NCBI GenBank assembly: GCA_964016885.1 | Contig: OZ024741.1 | Location: 356,066,001-356,130,000 of the forward strand | Source of the DNA: Eledone cirrhosa | Lineage: Eukaryota | Direction: 5' to 3' | Length of the DNA stretch: 64,000 nt | Part shown: positions 1-16,103 of the stretch, one piece after another | Numbering within the stretch: position 1 is the first letter of the stretch | How the letters are laid out: every line of letters begins with the position of its first letter | Notes under the pieces: generated by a model | What the model saw: the letters and a program-made list of their open reading frames with translations, nothing else | The model's database searches: none | Told to the model about the DNA's origin: nothing | Translations under genes and position numbers: made by a program

Positions 1-1935
1 AATAGGTAGAGACATTAAAAACTTCAGAGCCTCTGATAGAGCTTTCGTCCTAACTGATAAAACCAACAACCTGTATGAATTAGATCAGTCCACCTATAAC
101 CAACTGCTTAGCAAAACTATACAGGCAAAATACAAAAAAAGCTGACCCTGCTACCTATTATGCTATTAATATTGAGGCGAAGGATATAGCCGCCACCCGT
201 AGAGTAGGTAACACATTAGCGTGCTTGGCTAGGAGAGAGGCTTATATCACCCTTAAGGACCATAAAGATGACTTTGCAATAAAACAACTTGCAGACTTAT
301 AAACCTTGCTAAAACAGAACTAGGTCTTGTTAGTAAGGACATACACAGGAAAATTAATATAGCCATTAGGAAGCAGTTCAACCTTAATCAGTGGGATAAT
401 AGTCAAACCGTTATAGATTGGTTTAATATCCTCAAACACACTAAGGAAGCTAGGTTTACACAATTTGACATTATTGGCTTTTACCCCTCGGTAACCAGGA
501 CCTTACTTGATAAGGTCCTTGATTTTGCTACTAAATTTACTGACATAAACCATCCAGCCATAAAAGTGGCCATGACCTGGACACCTTTAGGAAAAACTTA
601 ATCGCTACCTTCAACAGCCTAGGCTTAAAAATTACGATAGTCACCAATCTCACCAATGTCAACTTCCTAGACGTTAACTTAGACCTACAGACACGCACGT
701 ATAGACCATTCCACAAACCCAGAGAAATTTCGGTACATCCATAAGGACTCTAGCCACCCCCTATAGTTTTTAAAAACCTCGTTAACAACATTGGTAAGGC
801 AGTTTCCAACCTCTCCTCCTGCAACGCCATCTTTGATAGGCCAGCACCCTACTATAATTCAGCACTGAGTAACAGCGGCTTCTCCGAAAAATTGCGTACT
901 CTCTAGATCACCACCCTACAACTTATAAGAAAAAAACCTAGACATAAAGATGTCATATAGTTCGGACCACCTTTCTCACTTAATGTGAAGACAAATGTAG
1001 GCAAACAATTCCTAGGCTTCATAGATCTTCATTTCCCTGTTGGCCATAAATATTTAATCACCATTCAGTAAAAACAGGATACTCTTGCACCAACAATGTT
1101 AAATCCTACATCACCGACAAACACAAAAGCCCTCCACCGTATGTAGAAGACCTGAAACATGTCCACTAGACTAACAGTGCAACACTCCAGCGGTGATATA
1201 CCAAGCAGAGGTTACCTCCACCAACCAGAACCATCAAACTGGAGCCTGGACCTATGTTGGTATGTCTGAGAGCCGGTTTAACAACTGGTACCTGAATCAC
1301 GAAATAACATTCAGATATCCCGACAAAAAACATGTCACCCAGCTCGCAAAACATGTATGGAGCCTTAAGAACAACGGCACGCATTTTCCCATCAAATAAA
1401 GGATTTTAGAAAGATCTACCGCCTAGGTGAATGGGTCGAAATTTTGTCGACTTTGTAATTCTGAAAAAAAATGGTATATACTGTCACAATTATATTCAGA
1501 TAAGCACTGCCTCAACTTACAGCTTGATTGCTTTGGCAGTTGTCCTCACGAGCAGAAGTATATTTTCAGTAAATGGCTTAGGCCTGACTAACAGGCCTAG
1601 AAGTATACTTTAATTTACTGACTATTTTGAATATCATGGAAATTGGAATTTTTGAGTCAGAAAAAAATTATTTTTCTTCTATTTTTATTTATTCTTGACT
1701 GTGGTCTCTCAATAGTTACATTCCTTGATCTTACCTTCTAATTATAGAAAAATAACTTTTTTTAAATAATTTCTAAATTACCTGCCCTTGTTTATACTCT
1801 TATGATATATTCCTAAAAGGGAAACACAATCAACCATAGGCGGTCATCTTTGTTTTTATTTTTCTCATGGCAGGCTGAATGATTTGGGATTCAGAACCCA
1901 TCGAAACTTGAGTACCTGTTTATGTCACGGTTGGA
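1..1935 (+). mobile_element. Degenerate Penelope-like retroelement (Naiad-type), RT plus C-terminal GIY-YIG, cut by the window start
   Basis: Frameshifted but readable motifs: DKTNNLYEL, EAYITLKDHK, CRLINLAKTELG, FTQFDIIGFYPSV, NFLDVNLDL, then IYQAEV...YVGMSESRF...LAKHVWSLK. A hammerhead-like motif follows, then a (TA)n tract. Confidence 0.85.
1870..1919 (+). ncRNA. Degenerate minimal hammerhead at the PLE 3' end
   Basis: gcagg-CTGAATGA-(tggg..ccca)-GAA-ACTTGAGT-A-cctgt. The core has one extra nucleotide and helix III is near-palindromic. Confidence 0.5.
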
Positions 1936-1937
1936 GT

Positions 1938-1970
<33 letters not shown>

Positions 1971-2010
1971 ATATTTGGGAAGGGTCATTTTGTTATAATA
2001 TTGCCAGAAA

Positions 2011-2965
2011 TCTCTATATATAAAGCTGTGGTTGTCTGTCTGTCTATCGATTTTTGGCACACATCTCCTCTTAGAATCTCTGACGGAATTGCACCGAAAT
2101 TGCTATACTTGTACATTGAGCCCTAGCGAAGACATCGGAAAAAAAATATTTCAAATTGACCCACCCTATGTGATGAAATCGAATCTAATGTATCGATTTT
2201 TGAGCGTAAGTGACGAGTTATTTCCCTTTGTTCTGTTTACATTGAGCGTCTTACGTTCTGTTTACATTTTCTGCGTGCAAAAATTAAAAAAATTACGCTG
2301 GCTTTCTCAGCGTTTAAAATGACATTAACACAATACACGAACAGTTGTCGAGCCAGCAAAATTTTGACCTGCAAAATTCATCAGTTCGAACACTAAGCTT
2401 CCGTTTTGCTTCATTTCCATTTAAAAGCCTTTTAAAACAATATTTTTACATGAAAACAAGTCTATTTAAAGACTACGCAAAACAAGCAAATATTTCGTAA
2501 AAAAAAGCAAAAAATTATATAAGTTTATTTAAAATATATGTATCTGTAAATTTCGTTAGGCGTGCAGACAGACAGTCGTGCAGACAGACAGTCGTGCAGA
2601 GAGGTGATATACGCGTGCAGACAGTCGTGCAGAGAGGTGATATAGGCGTGCAGACAGACATAACTGATAATTTGGTTACGCTAATGTTTTTCTCTGCGTT
2701 GCAGTGTTTACATTTTCGATCTTTGTTAATAAATAACCAGTGCAGTTTTTATCCCCAGCATCCTCTTTTGTTATAACATTCGGGTTATCGTTATGTTTTC
2801 TTAACTTCATAAGGCATATTGTTGGTTGAGGGAATATTAATCAAAAACACCACATGCAAGTCTGCACAGTAGACACTACAGTTTTTAAGCCAAAAAAGAA
2901 ACTTAACATTGTAACTTTAACACAGCTACTGAGCGACCCCGAGCAACGCCGGGCTTTACTGCTAG
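2011..2965 (+). mobile_element. Non-autonomous Helitron
   Basis: 5' TC-TCTATATATAAAG with a (TCTG)n motif. 3' subterminal hairpin cccg..cggg, then CTAG. Inserted between A and T. Confidence 0.75.
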
Positions 2966-3060
2966 TATATAATAAAACATACTCACTCTTTCGTTTGGGT
3001 TGGTTTTCGCTTCAGTATATTTTATATTTCTATAGTTAATCCAGCTGGCAATCATTGTTT

Positions 3061-3249
<189 letters not shown>

Positions 3250-3330
3250 GGTAAACGGAAATAACAACAGAATGGGTTCAGTATATGGAAGGAATATATT
3301 AGGTTAACGCTTGAAATAGCAGGAAGAGGG

Positions 3331-3366
3331 TCTTAACGTTTCGGATGCTAGACCTTCATCAGAAGA
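3331..3366 (-). ncRNA. Minimal hammerhead ribozyme (PLE type)
   Basis: Minus strand reads tctt-CTGATGA-aGG..CC-GAA-ACGT-T-aaga. Confidence 0.65.
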
Positions 3367-3532
3367 AAGAATGAGAAATTAGAAAGATTGAAGGGACGGG
3401 TGGGGCGGAATATGAAAAAGTTATTTATATAAAAATAACAGGTGCATATATATTGCCATCTCTTGGAAAACTGTTGGCGCTGGCGTTTTGTGTATGATAT
3501 ACTTTTTTAGAAAAAAAATAAAATAAATAAAT

Positions 3533-3576
<44 letters not shown>

Positions 3577-3579
<3 letters not shown>

Positions 3580-5627
3580 AAATAACAGGAGGCTGGACTG
3601 GTGTAATTCCTTAAAAGGTTTATTATACTATGATAATTTCAGTGACCGGGTTCAGTATGAATCCGGTGACATCATCAGGTATTCGAAATTTAACAAAGGA
3701 ATATAATAGACAAAATCCATGGGGCTGAAAAGCAGAGACAGGAGGGCGGCCGAACATTTAACACCTTCTAGCCCGGTCAGCCGCCCTCAAGTGATGATTA
3801 TTAAGTCTTCTTATGTCCTTCTGGTGAAGGGGCGTAGGTTTATAGTGTACTACTACCATTCCGTCATAGACAGAGGCCAGTGTTGAGATTAGGTTATATT
3901 CAAACTAGTCAGAAGTGCTAGAAAGTGCTACGAAATATATTTTTACAAAAAACATATATCTTTAACAAAGCTATATATACTGCACAGTATAATGTAGGGT
4001 CATAAATTACGATTAACAATTAGAAATGTAAAATTTATGTTTAGAGTTAAAAGATGCCAGTTAAGTTGAAATTAGAAAAGTAAGATTTAGGTTTAAAGTT
4101 GGGAGATTCAGTCAAAGAATTTACAGAAGGAGGTGTTTATGAAAAAGTTTAAGTGTATTATAGATAGTCACGATAAAGTTTCAGGGTAGAATATAGAGTA
4201 AAGATTAAGCCCATCCTTAGCGGTCATTAACCAGCGACGCTGCGGAATCCCGGCCAGCCCGGGGCCCAGTGGCGTGTCAACCGTTCCGAGTATTTTCGTC
4301 TAGCGAATGAAAGGAAAATTTATTTTTCCGAGCACTTCAGGAATGTTAACTGTCCCAAGCGTTAGGGGTGCTAGCGGGAAGTCCGCCACCGCCGGCTGAT
4401 TATCGTATATACCAAACGATTAATTAGTTACTCACACTGGTGGGGGATTTAGTTAAAGGGCATTTAGAAGGAGGCATGATAAAATTTAAAGTTATGATTA
4501 AGCTTAGAATTTAAAAGTACTGTTTGGCGGTCAATAACCAGTGACACGGCGGATTCCAGGCCTGACAAGGGCCCTAGGGCGAAACAGCCGTCCGAGTATT
4601 TTCGTTTACCGAAGAAAGGGAAATTTATTTTTCCAAGCACTCTACGAAGGCTGATCCACCCGAGCGCCTGGCGTGCAATCGGGAAAGCCGCCACATCCGT
4701 CGGATCATCGCATGTACCAAACGATTATTAGTTATTCACACCCGTGATGTGAAGTTTAAAAGTGACAAAATCCGATGAAATGTGTAAATAGACTATATTT
4801 AGTCCCCAGTTAGTCCGGGTTATATGTAGTGTGATTCTTGAGTGGGTAGGGGGAGTGATTAATGATAAACAGATATAAAGGGTACAGAGAGTAATATTCT
4901 AGGGTCATGTGCTAATTTTAGGTAACTGATGAGTACAAGGATGATTATATAAGGAGAGTAAAGTGAATAAATACATACATAAATAAAACCATAAATAAAA
5001 TGCAGTCATACCTAGGGTTGTAATTGAGGGAGTAAAATGGAAGTATATAAAAACATATCGAAGAAATCAAAATACAGAAGAAATAAAATACAGATCAAGG
5101 TACAGTAAAAGAACAATAGATAGCACGGTTGGAGAATACAAGGTTATACATATAGTTATAGAGGATGAAAGAGTTGGAGTGGTATCAGGTGATACTTAGT
5201 GTAGGTTCGAGTCTTAATTTTCAATGTGAATCCCAAAAACCTTGAAACATAGGATAGAGGATTCAGCCAGTATAATACAGGGTATAGTAGAATACGTTGA
5301 TTTTTTTAAAGAATCTATGTGGTCTGACGGAGTTAGAGTGTTCCCGAGAGGGAAGCAGCAATCATGTTCCGGGGGGGGGGGGGGTAGATATAGCTTAATG
5401 CAGCCAAAATCCGAATGGTGTGTAGTTAGTCCCATGCTGGCGATAGCTGTACACTGGAGCCAGGACCCCTGTTCCTTATTACATCAGAAAGCGCTCGACA
5501 TTTCCTGGAGCTTTATTTATTTAGGTTTGTTGGCTAGAACTGGTCATTCCGTATGGTCAACGTCGATATTACATCGAGGTTGACCATACGGAATGACCAG
5601 TTCTATCCAGTGGTGAACCAAAAAACC

Positions 5628-5632
<5 letters not shown>
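3577..5632 (-). mobile_element. ORF-less PLE-derived insertion in (TA)n
   Basis: (TA)n on both sides, an HHR near the left (3') end, an internal ~300-bp-period duplication and a snap-back hairpin at the right end. Confidence 0.55.
3625..3682 (-). ncRNA. Hammerhead ribozyme, minimal type I
   Basis: atac-CTGATGA-tgt-C-accggattca..tgaacccggt-C-act-GAA-ATTATCAT-A-gtat. Confidence 0.7.
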
Positions 5633-5700
<68 letters not shown>

Positions 5701-5757
5701 TATATATATATATAAAATATATATATATATATATAAAATATATATATATAATATATA

Positions 5758-8543
5758 TGGAAAGTTATATTTAAATTGTTGGGTTACAACTAGTAAATAT
5801 TTATAACTGATATAAAAGCACTCGACAAGTATTTGGAGTATATTTACAATATTAAATAAATGGAAACTATATTTATAAAACCATATTTATTTCATTATAT
5901 ATATTTCAGGGATATCATATTAACAATATGCTATGCCTTCCTCAGACAAAATACAATATAAACAGTTTTATAGATAAATAGATTCGACATACCGTAACAA
6001 CATCGACTTGTATTTGAAAAGGTTGATTTGGCAGTGAAAAAATTGTACACAGAGAGAAAGAAAGAGAGAAAAAAAGAGAAAAAAAAAAAAGAAAAAAAAA
6101 AAGAAAGACAGAAAACGAAGAAAAAGAAGAAAAAGAAGAAATGCATGGAACAAAATAGAGAGATGGAAAGATAGATAAAGAGAAGAACTTCATGTAAAGA
6201 AACAGAGAGATATATATATATAGAGAGAGAGAGGAAATAGAGATAGATACATATATATAGAAAACTAGGTAGTGGGACGTCTGTTGGGTAAACGTATCAA
6301 TGATACATTTATTTATTTATTTATTTATTTAGCTCTAGTATTAATGTAAGGGAGATATATGGAGAGAAACCAGCTGTTATATATAGAGAGAAAAAAATAT
6401 ATAGAGAGAAAAAATATAGAGAGAGAAAAAATTTAAAAATAACCAGACATAGGCGAGGCGTAGAAAACCCTATGTTTTAATGTAGAGGTATTAGTATTTA
6501 TAAAAACCAGCCACTATATTGTAAATATCAGTATTCCTGAATGAGACATGTATCCATAATGTGTGAAAATTAATGATCTTATGTTTAGTTTTTTAAAAAA
6601 TTCATATGTTTATGTGATAACTACAAACATCTATGTGAATTTACATGATCAACTCTGCAAACCCTAAGTTCACGGAAAACATTCTCATTGTGGTATAAAA
6701 ATTTAAGTATACATATATGTGTATATATATACACACAAATATATATAGAGTCAATATTACTATTCCTGTCTTTACTCTACAAGATTATCTATCAAGCAGA
6801 AATAGAGAGCAGATTTCAATATACTAATAAAAATATATATCAGAAACAAAACTAAAAAATAACAATAATAATAATAAGTAATAATAAAATAGAAAACTAA
6901 AAAATATTACGAAAGAATATTACATATTAAAAATATTACATATTAAAAAATTTACATATTAAAAATATTAAAAATAAAAATTATTATTAGAAATTATTAT
7001 TAGAAAATACTACAATAATAATAATAAAAATAAACCACAAAGATCAACCCTTCAAAATTAATTGACAATATATTGCCAAGTTCATTATAAGCATCAGAGT
7101 CGAAAAACAGATAAAGCCAAAAATTATCTATCAAATCGCATCTAGCAAAGATCATTTCAAAAAGTTTAGGATGCCCAATTTGGTCTACATGTGTTCTTAT
7201 ATTTAATATAGAAGTTTATCTAGTGTAACGTTTATTCGAAATATTTGGAGCATCAACTTTTAGGGTAGCTTAATTTTTCATGAAGAATGTTTAAATAAAA
7301 ATTAAATAAAAATAAAAAGAATAAAAAGAAGGAATCAAAGATTTATCAAAGATTTATCGGCTAGTTTCCCATATAATTATAAATCAAACTAAATATACTA
7401 CATTTTAAATTTAAATTTATATTTAAACGTTGAATTTAATCTATGTTTGCAGCAACTGAATAAATTTGTCCGTAGATTATTTTTATTTTTATTATTGTAG
7501 TATTTTCTAATATTTTTATTTTTAATATTTTTAATATGTAAATTTTTTAATATGTAATATTTTTAATATGTAATATTCTTTCGTAATATTTTTTAGTTTT
7601 CTATTTTATTATTACTTATTATTATTATTGTTATTTTTTAGTTTTGTTTCTGATATATATTTTTATTAGTATATTGAAATCTGCTCTCTATTTCTGCTTG
7701 ATAGATAATCTTGTAGAGTAAAGACAGGAATAGTAATATTGACTCTATATATATTTGTGTGTATATATATACACATATATGTATACTTAAATTTTTATAC
7801 CACAATGAGAATGTTTTCCGTGAACTTAGGGTTTGCAGAGTTGATCATGTAAATTCACATAGATGTTTGTAGTTATCACATAAACATATGAATTTTTTAA
7901 AAAACTAAACATAAGATCATTAATTTTCACACATTATGGATACATGTCTCATTCAGGAATACTGATATTTACAATATAGTGGCTGGTTTTTATAAATACT
8001 AATACCTCTACATTAAAACATAGGGTTTTCTACGCCTCGCCTATGTCTGGTTATTTTTTTATTTTTTCTCTCTCTATATTTTTTCTCTCTCTATATTTTT
8101 TTCTCTCTATATATAACAGCTGGTTTCTCTCCATATATCTCCCTTACATTAATACTAGAGCTAAATAAATAAATAAATAAATGTATCATTGATACGTTTA
8201 CCCAACAGACGTCCCACTACCTAGTTTTCTATATATATGTATCTATTTCCTCTCTCTCTATATATATATATATATATCTCTGTTTCTTTACATGAAGTTC
8301 TTCTCTTTATCTATCTTTCCATCTCTCTATTTTGTTCCATGCATTTCTTCTTTTTCTTCTTTTTCTTCGTTTTCTGTCTTTCTTTTCTTTTTTTTCTCTT
8401 TTTTTCTCTCTTTCTTTCTCTCTGTGTACAATTTTTTCACTGCCAAATCAACCTTTTCAAATACAAGTCGATGTTGTTACGGTATGTCGAATCTATTTAT
8501 CTATAAAACTGTTTATATTGTATTTTGTCTGAGGAAGGCATAG
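5758..8543 (-). mobile_element. Fold-back Naiad-type PLE insertion (family A) with ~1.1-kb inverted arms
   Basis: Arms ~5930-7032 and ~7478-8543 are reverse complements. The spacer carries the last codons of the GIY-YIG ORF (7398-7478 minus: NLRTNLFSCCKHRLNSTFKYKFKFKM*), nearly identical to the end of ORF 60657-61385. (TA)n flanks. Confidence 0.9.
5889..5952 (-). ncRNA. Hammerhead ribozyme, family A
   Basis: attttgt-CTGAGGA-agg-C-atagcatat..atatgatat-C-cct-GAA-ATATATAT-A-atgaaat. Confidence 0.75.
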
Positions 8544-8551
8544 TATATATA

Positions 8552-8598
<47 letters not shown>

Positions 8599-8650
8599 TA
8601 AAATAAAGTTAAATAAAAAGTCAAATGTTTAAAATTTAGCTTCGTTTATT

Positions 8651-8705
8651 ACTGCTATATATATTTCAGTGACAGCCATCTTTGGCTGTGACCTCTTCAG
8701 GCAGT
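8651..8705 (-). ncRNA. Hammerhead ribozyme, minimal type I
   Basis: actgc-CTGAAGA-ggt-C-acagcca..tggctgt-C-act-GAA-ATATATAT-A-gcagt, followed by AATAAA. Confidence 0.85.
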
Positions 8706-8847
8706 CCGAATTAGTGTGGTATAGACAAGTACATATGTTGTTGAGGTGTATAATTTTGTCAATACTCTGATATGTCCAGTTCCTGGTTAGGTTGTTATTT
8801 CTCTGAGGAACTGGAATCATATGATTCCAGTTCCTCGGAGAAATAAC

Positions 8848-11220
8848 ATCAAAAGGTATGCAAACTTGTGTATATTTGTGTTGCACCATAGAACATGTGT
8901 CTTTACGTATGTCATTGTGTTTATATGTGGATAGAAATGTATGTAGGATGTATGCTGATGTAGGTATGTATGTTGACGTGTGTATGTTGTGGGTTTTGGC
9001 ACAGACAAAAACACAAGCCAAACCTCAACAAGAAAGAATGGGAAGAATTAAATAGATTAAAAACCGACAGAACTATTACAATTAAAGAGGCTGATAAAGG
9101 GAGTACAGTAGTCCTAATGGAGACAGAATTCTATATTAACTTAGCGCTCTCCACTTTGGAAAACGAAACATACTACGAAAAGGCTGAACACTACAATCAA
9201 CAGAAAATTATGAGAAACCTAAAACCTCTGATCAACCAATACAAAGAAGGACTCACTCACAAGGAATTCAGCTTCATCACAGACTTCACAAGTAAATCCA
9301 CCCTTTTCTACGGTATCCCTAAAGTACATAAAAGCGAATTAATAAGTAAGGCATGCAAGGAAGCCACAGACATAGTCATCAATGTCCCCTCACCCAATGA
9401 TCTCAAATTAAGACCTATAATAGCAGGCCCCGCTTGCGAAACCCACCGCCTTAGCAACTTCATTGATACCCTTCTCAAGCCTTTTCTCAAACACATCAAA
9501 ATTTATATAAGGGACGACCTAGATATGCTCAATCACCTCCCTAATATGCCCCTTTCTGAACAAGCCCTACTAGTGACGTTCGATGTAGTCAACATATACT
9601 TCAACATCCCCCACAACCTAGGAATAGAAGCTATCCAATTCTGACTGGATAATTACCACAATGAACTCCCACAACGCATCAAAAAAGAATTCGTGATAGA
9701 GGGACCCAAATTTATCTATAAATAGGCTCAACACGAATATTAACTTTACGATGGAATACAGCCATCAACAACTCCCCTTCCTCGACATCCTCATTAAGAT
9801 TCATAACAAAAAATTAGAAACAGACATATACTACAAGCCCACAGACTCGAAGCAATATCTTCCTTTCAACTCTTGCCACCCTAGACACGTTAAAATTAAT
9901 ATTCCCTACAACTTAGCCAAGAGAATCTGTACTATAGTCTCCAATAAAAAACATCTGTTACTTACGTCTACAAGAACTAAAGGACACACTCATAGACAGG
10001 GACTACCCTGCATCACTAATTGACAATGGAATCCAACGTGCCCTAAAACTTAGTACCCAGGACCTTAGACACCCTAAAGTAAATCAACCGAAACTAAAAG
10101 CTCTTCCATACATCTCCACACACAACCCCCTCAACAATGAGGCCTTTGACACCATCCTCCAGAACACCCCCATGTTAAAAAAGACCATAGAATGAACCAA
10201 ATCCTTCGAACACACGATATCATAAAGAGCAAAAGACAATCTAAGTCAATGAAAAACATCCTAACACATGCCAAAGTACTGCCAACCACAACAACGAAAC
10301 CCACAGTAAAAAAAATGCGATAGACCAAACTGTGGCATATGCATCAACTTAATAGAGGGTTCGGAATTCTATTTCAAAGAAGGACAACGTTTTATAGTAA
10401 AACACAATTTCACATGCGCATCAGAAAATCTAATATATGTATTAACTTGCTCAGGTTGTCGAGAACAATACATAGGCCAGACTAAAAACAGCCTCCGCCA
10501 ACGCATGACTGTCCATAGATCCCAAATTAAAATACGGAAATACAGAAAAATACCACTGAGTGAACACATTGATACATGTGCCGCCCAAAATCATCCCAAC
10601 TTTAGAATCTTTCCCCTCTACAAATTTAAAGATAATGCCACCCGCATCAGCAAGGAATCTCACTTTATTAACAAATACGGACCCCGTCTAAACACTTCTC
10701 CCTAAGACGAACCCACAACATACACACGTCAACATATATACCTACATCAGCATACATCCTACATACATTTCTATACACATATAAACACAATGACATACGT
10801 AAACACACATGTTCTATGGTGCAACACAAATATACACAAATTTGCATACCTTTTGATGTCTATAGATATAAACGTGCCGACACACACACATACATATACG
10901 CACACATGCATTGCACACTGATGGGCACATACATATTTGTACACAAGTATTCCCATACGGCAGGGCCTAATGGATTCCCCTTGCAGTACGTACAATCTGG
11001 ACACTCACACACACCTTGGTCTTATGACAATACTATACATCATTTCACCCCTTTTATTATTAATGTATTTTATGTTCTTTTGAGATAATCATTTTTGCAA
11101 ATTACTGAAAATATCGAATAATGTACACCATTTTTACCAGTATCACAAAAATACTGGTCCATCCACACACACACATACACACATATACACACGCGTACAC
11201 TAACATACAAACAGACATAT

Positions 11221-11296
<76 letters not shown>

Positions 11297-11405
11297 CTCC
11301 GTATAAGACAAGAGCTGAAAAATATCTTTCAACATGTTAAAATATCCCCCACACATGTACAGACACATTCCTACTGACCGAATCCCTCTACCACGAACCA
11401 CTCTA

Positions 11406-11461
<56 letters not shown>

Positions 11462-11570
11462 CTCCGTATAAGACAAGAGCTGAAAAATATCTTTCAACAT
11501 GTTAAAATATCCCCCACACATGTACAGACACATTCCTACTGACCGAATCCCTCTACCACGAACCACTCTA

Positions 11571-11664
<94 letters not shown>

Positions 11665-12095
11665 TTGTCTTAAAATACTTATTTTTCAGTGACTTCTCAA
11701 TCAGGCGAAACCTACATTTGGCGCAAAATCAATTGTTAACATTCACGTGACCTCTACCGACCAATCAAAATTGTTTTGACTACAAGAATTTTTGCAACAC
11801 GAATTGGCGCGAAATTTATAGTACTCATTCACGTGAACAACCAACCAAATCTTAATACCTCTGGAGCCACCTTTTTCACATAAAACAGGAAGAATTTCTA
11901 AAACTGATCAGATTAGAGCAAACATCACGGGCGCTCTATCTCAAAATTATTTTTGAAAAGCATTAGAAATGCACAACCGGTAAAAACTTAAAACTAAAAC
12001 TGAATACTAACCAATACTTATTACTAATTTATATTTATTCCTAATTAAACTATTTTTCACTGGGAAAAATTTGTCAGCATTTTCTTTTCCTTTTA

Positions 12096-12098
<3 letters not shown>
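8848..12098 (+). mobile_element. Penelope-like retroelement (Neptune-type), 5'-truncated, internally deleted RT plus GIY-YIG, with a short inverted arm
   Basis: Disrupted ORF ~8996-10705: TIKEADKGSTVV, FYGIPKVHK, LRPIIAGP, LVTFDVVNIY, LPFLDILI, TDIYYKPTD..YL..SCHP, NLIYVLTCSGCREQYIGQT...RMTVHR. 8848-8995 is the reverse complement of ~10710-10859. The RT YxDD segment is absent. Ends at (TA)n. Confidence 0.9.
11221..11661. repeat. Tandem duplication of a ~115-bp unit separated by (CA)n
   Basis: ~11294-11408 repeats at ~11459-11573, each copy bounded by (CA)n. Confidence 0.9.
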
Positions 12099-12162
<64 letters not shown>

Positions 12163-12167
<5 letters not shown>

Positions 12168-13816
12168 CAATTATGCTTGGCGTGAATGCGCAAACAAAAT
12201 AAATATGGAAGACTGTTTACCAAATATTTTTTTCTCAACGTGTTCCTTGGGGTGTGTAGCATAGGTATCAAGTTGAAAAGGTTATGGTACAATTTCCAAG
12301 GAGAAAATCACGGAGTATTTATAAGTTTAAATATCGTATCAGGAAAAAAACCAGGAAAAACTAGGCAAGAAGATGTGGACAGGAGAAATATATTGTGTAT
12401 TCATTGATTACTCAATGAATATAGTTTTACAATAGATTAAAAGCACTCTACAAAGAAGTTTTCTGGAGTTATTAATATTATTCAGAATATTAATGAATGA
12501 AGACATTCACATAATCAAATTATATGTTTTATTATATATATTTCGAATGTACTGTGCTGTTTTTTCAGTACGTCCTCGTCAGATAAAATACATGAATTGA
12601 TGTATGACATACCTCAACGGTCTTGATGGTTCAATTCCAGTATTGGCAGTGATCTATTACAACAAATCTCAACATTTATACACCACAAATAATAACATGA
12701 TAAACTTAAATTTAATGAAGATGAGGATGTGGAGCGAGAAATGGGTATAAGGAGGGGGTTAGTATGAGGAAATGCAAGAAGAAAATAAATAAATATATAC
12801 ATACATAAATATTTAAATGCGTAAATATACGTATTAGGGAAGAAAAAGGGAGAGAGAGAGATAGAAGAGAGAAGAAGAAAGAAAAAAGAAAAAAGAAAGA
12901 CAGAACGGCAAAAAAGAAAGAAAGAGAAATGATGTGTGACCGTTGCTTTCAAATATTAAGTCAAATAGAAGCGACCAATTAAATACCATGAAATTTTTTA
13001 ATATCTTTTCTATTTGGTTATGTTTAAGCTAATTATACTAATATATTACATCAAAATTAAACAATATAAACATATTTTCTATAGCAATCAGAATCATAGT
13101 TTAATTAAGTAATATATTTACTAAATATTTTGTTACAATATTCAAAAACATGTTTTTCTTTAAAGCAAACTGAAATACCTATTAAATATGTATAAGGATA
13201 TTTACTAAAACCCATGCATATATCACCATCAGTATATATATTTTATATTATGTTAAGAATTATTATCTGAATTATTCTATTTTCATTTTAAAATCATTTC
13301 AATTCATTGGTTGTCATTTCATTACAGGATTAATTAGTAGTTATATTTACTCTTAAAAGTATTATTATTTCGATTTTACTTCCGTAATTACATCTTATTA
13401 TATATAGTTTCCCTTTAAGGATTTTTCGTATATTATTAAACTGTATAAATCATGTTAAATATACATTAGCAGGCAATTTGGACAGAACAAAGTTATTTTC
13501 GAAGAATGTAAACAAAGGAAGATAACTCGTTCATCATATGTGAACATTTAAGATATTTAAGTATTTTGAAAGCCAAAAGATATTTAAGTTTATCATGTTA
13601 TTATTTGTGGTATATAAATGTTGAGATTTGTTGTAATAAATCACTGCCAATACTGGAATTGAACCATCAAGATAGTTGAGGTATGTCATACAACAATTCA
13701 TGTATTTTATCTGACGAGGACGTACTGAAAAAACAGCACAGTACCTTCGAAATATATATAATAAAACATATATTTTGATTATGTGAATGTCTTCATTTAT
13801 TAATATTCTGAATAAT
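12163..13816. mobile_element. Fold-back PLE-derived insertion (family A-related) with two opposed HHRs
   Basis: Inverted arms ~12475-12705 and ~13590-13816. HHR on the minus strand at 12527-12588 and on the plus strand at 13705-13766. (TA)n flanks. Confidence 0.8.
13705..13766 (+). ncRNA. Hammerhead ribozyme (inverted copy at 12527-12588)
   Basis: ttttat-CTGACGA-gga-C-gtactg..cagtac-C-ttc-GAA-ATATATAT-A-ataaaa. Confidence 0.85.
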
Positions 13817-13832
13817 ATATATATATATATAT

Positions 13833-15620
<1,788 letters not shown>

Positions 15621-15823
15621 AATATATATGATGAAAAAACGGAGTTAACGATTTGCGTTAATCCTCTGTAATTTAATAGGTTTTTATAGTTATAGAGGTG
15701 GGTCTGTACATTTTGATTTAACCTTTGAATTATTATGTATTATCACTTTTCGTAGACTTTATGTTCTTCACTCTAGTGGATCTCTACCTCTCGTAATTGA
15801 AAACATACCATTTTATGTTTTCT

Positions 15824-15858
<35 letters not shown>

Positions 15859-16103
15859 TATGTTTTCTTTATTAACCACAAGGGTTTACATAAAGTAGAC
15901 ATTAAGGACAGTACAGGACAATACAGGACGGTACAAATGGGCATTTCTGCGTGTAAAAAACAGAGGATGTAATATAATAACAAAGAAAAATTCCCCAATA
16001 GGGGGGAGACTTCCGAGGGACATTTGTGGAGTAAGCCCATTAAATGACCACAGTGACCCTGACCACCAGGGCAAGTGCCCTCTCCCAGTTTTCCACCTTT
16101 AAT

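Noticed and set aside
11895-11960. HHR at the end of the Neptune-type element (CTGATCA..tagagc/gctcta..CAAA)
   Set aside because: Two core positions are wrong; at best a dead remnant.
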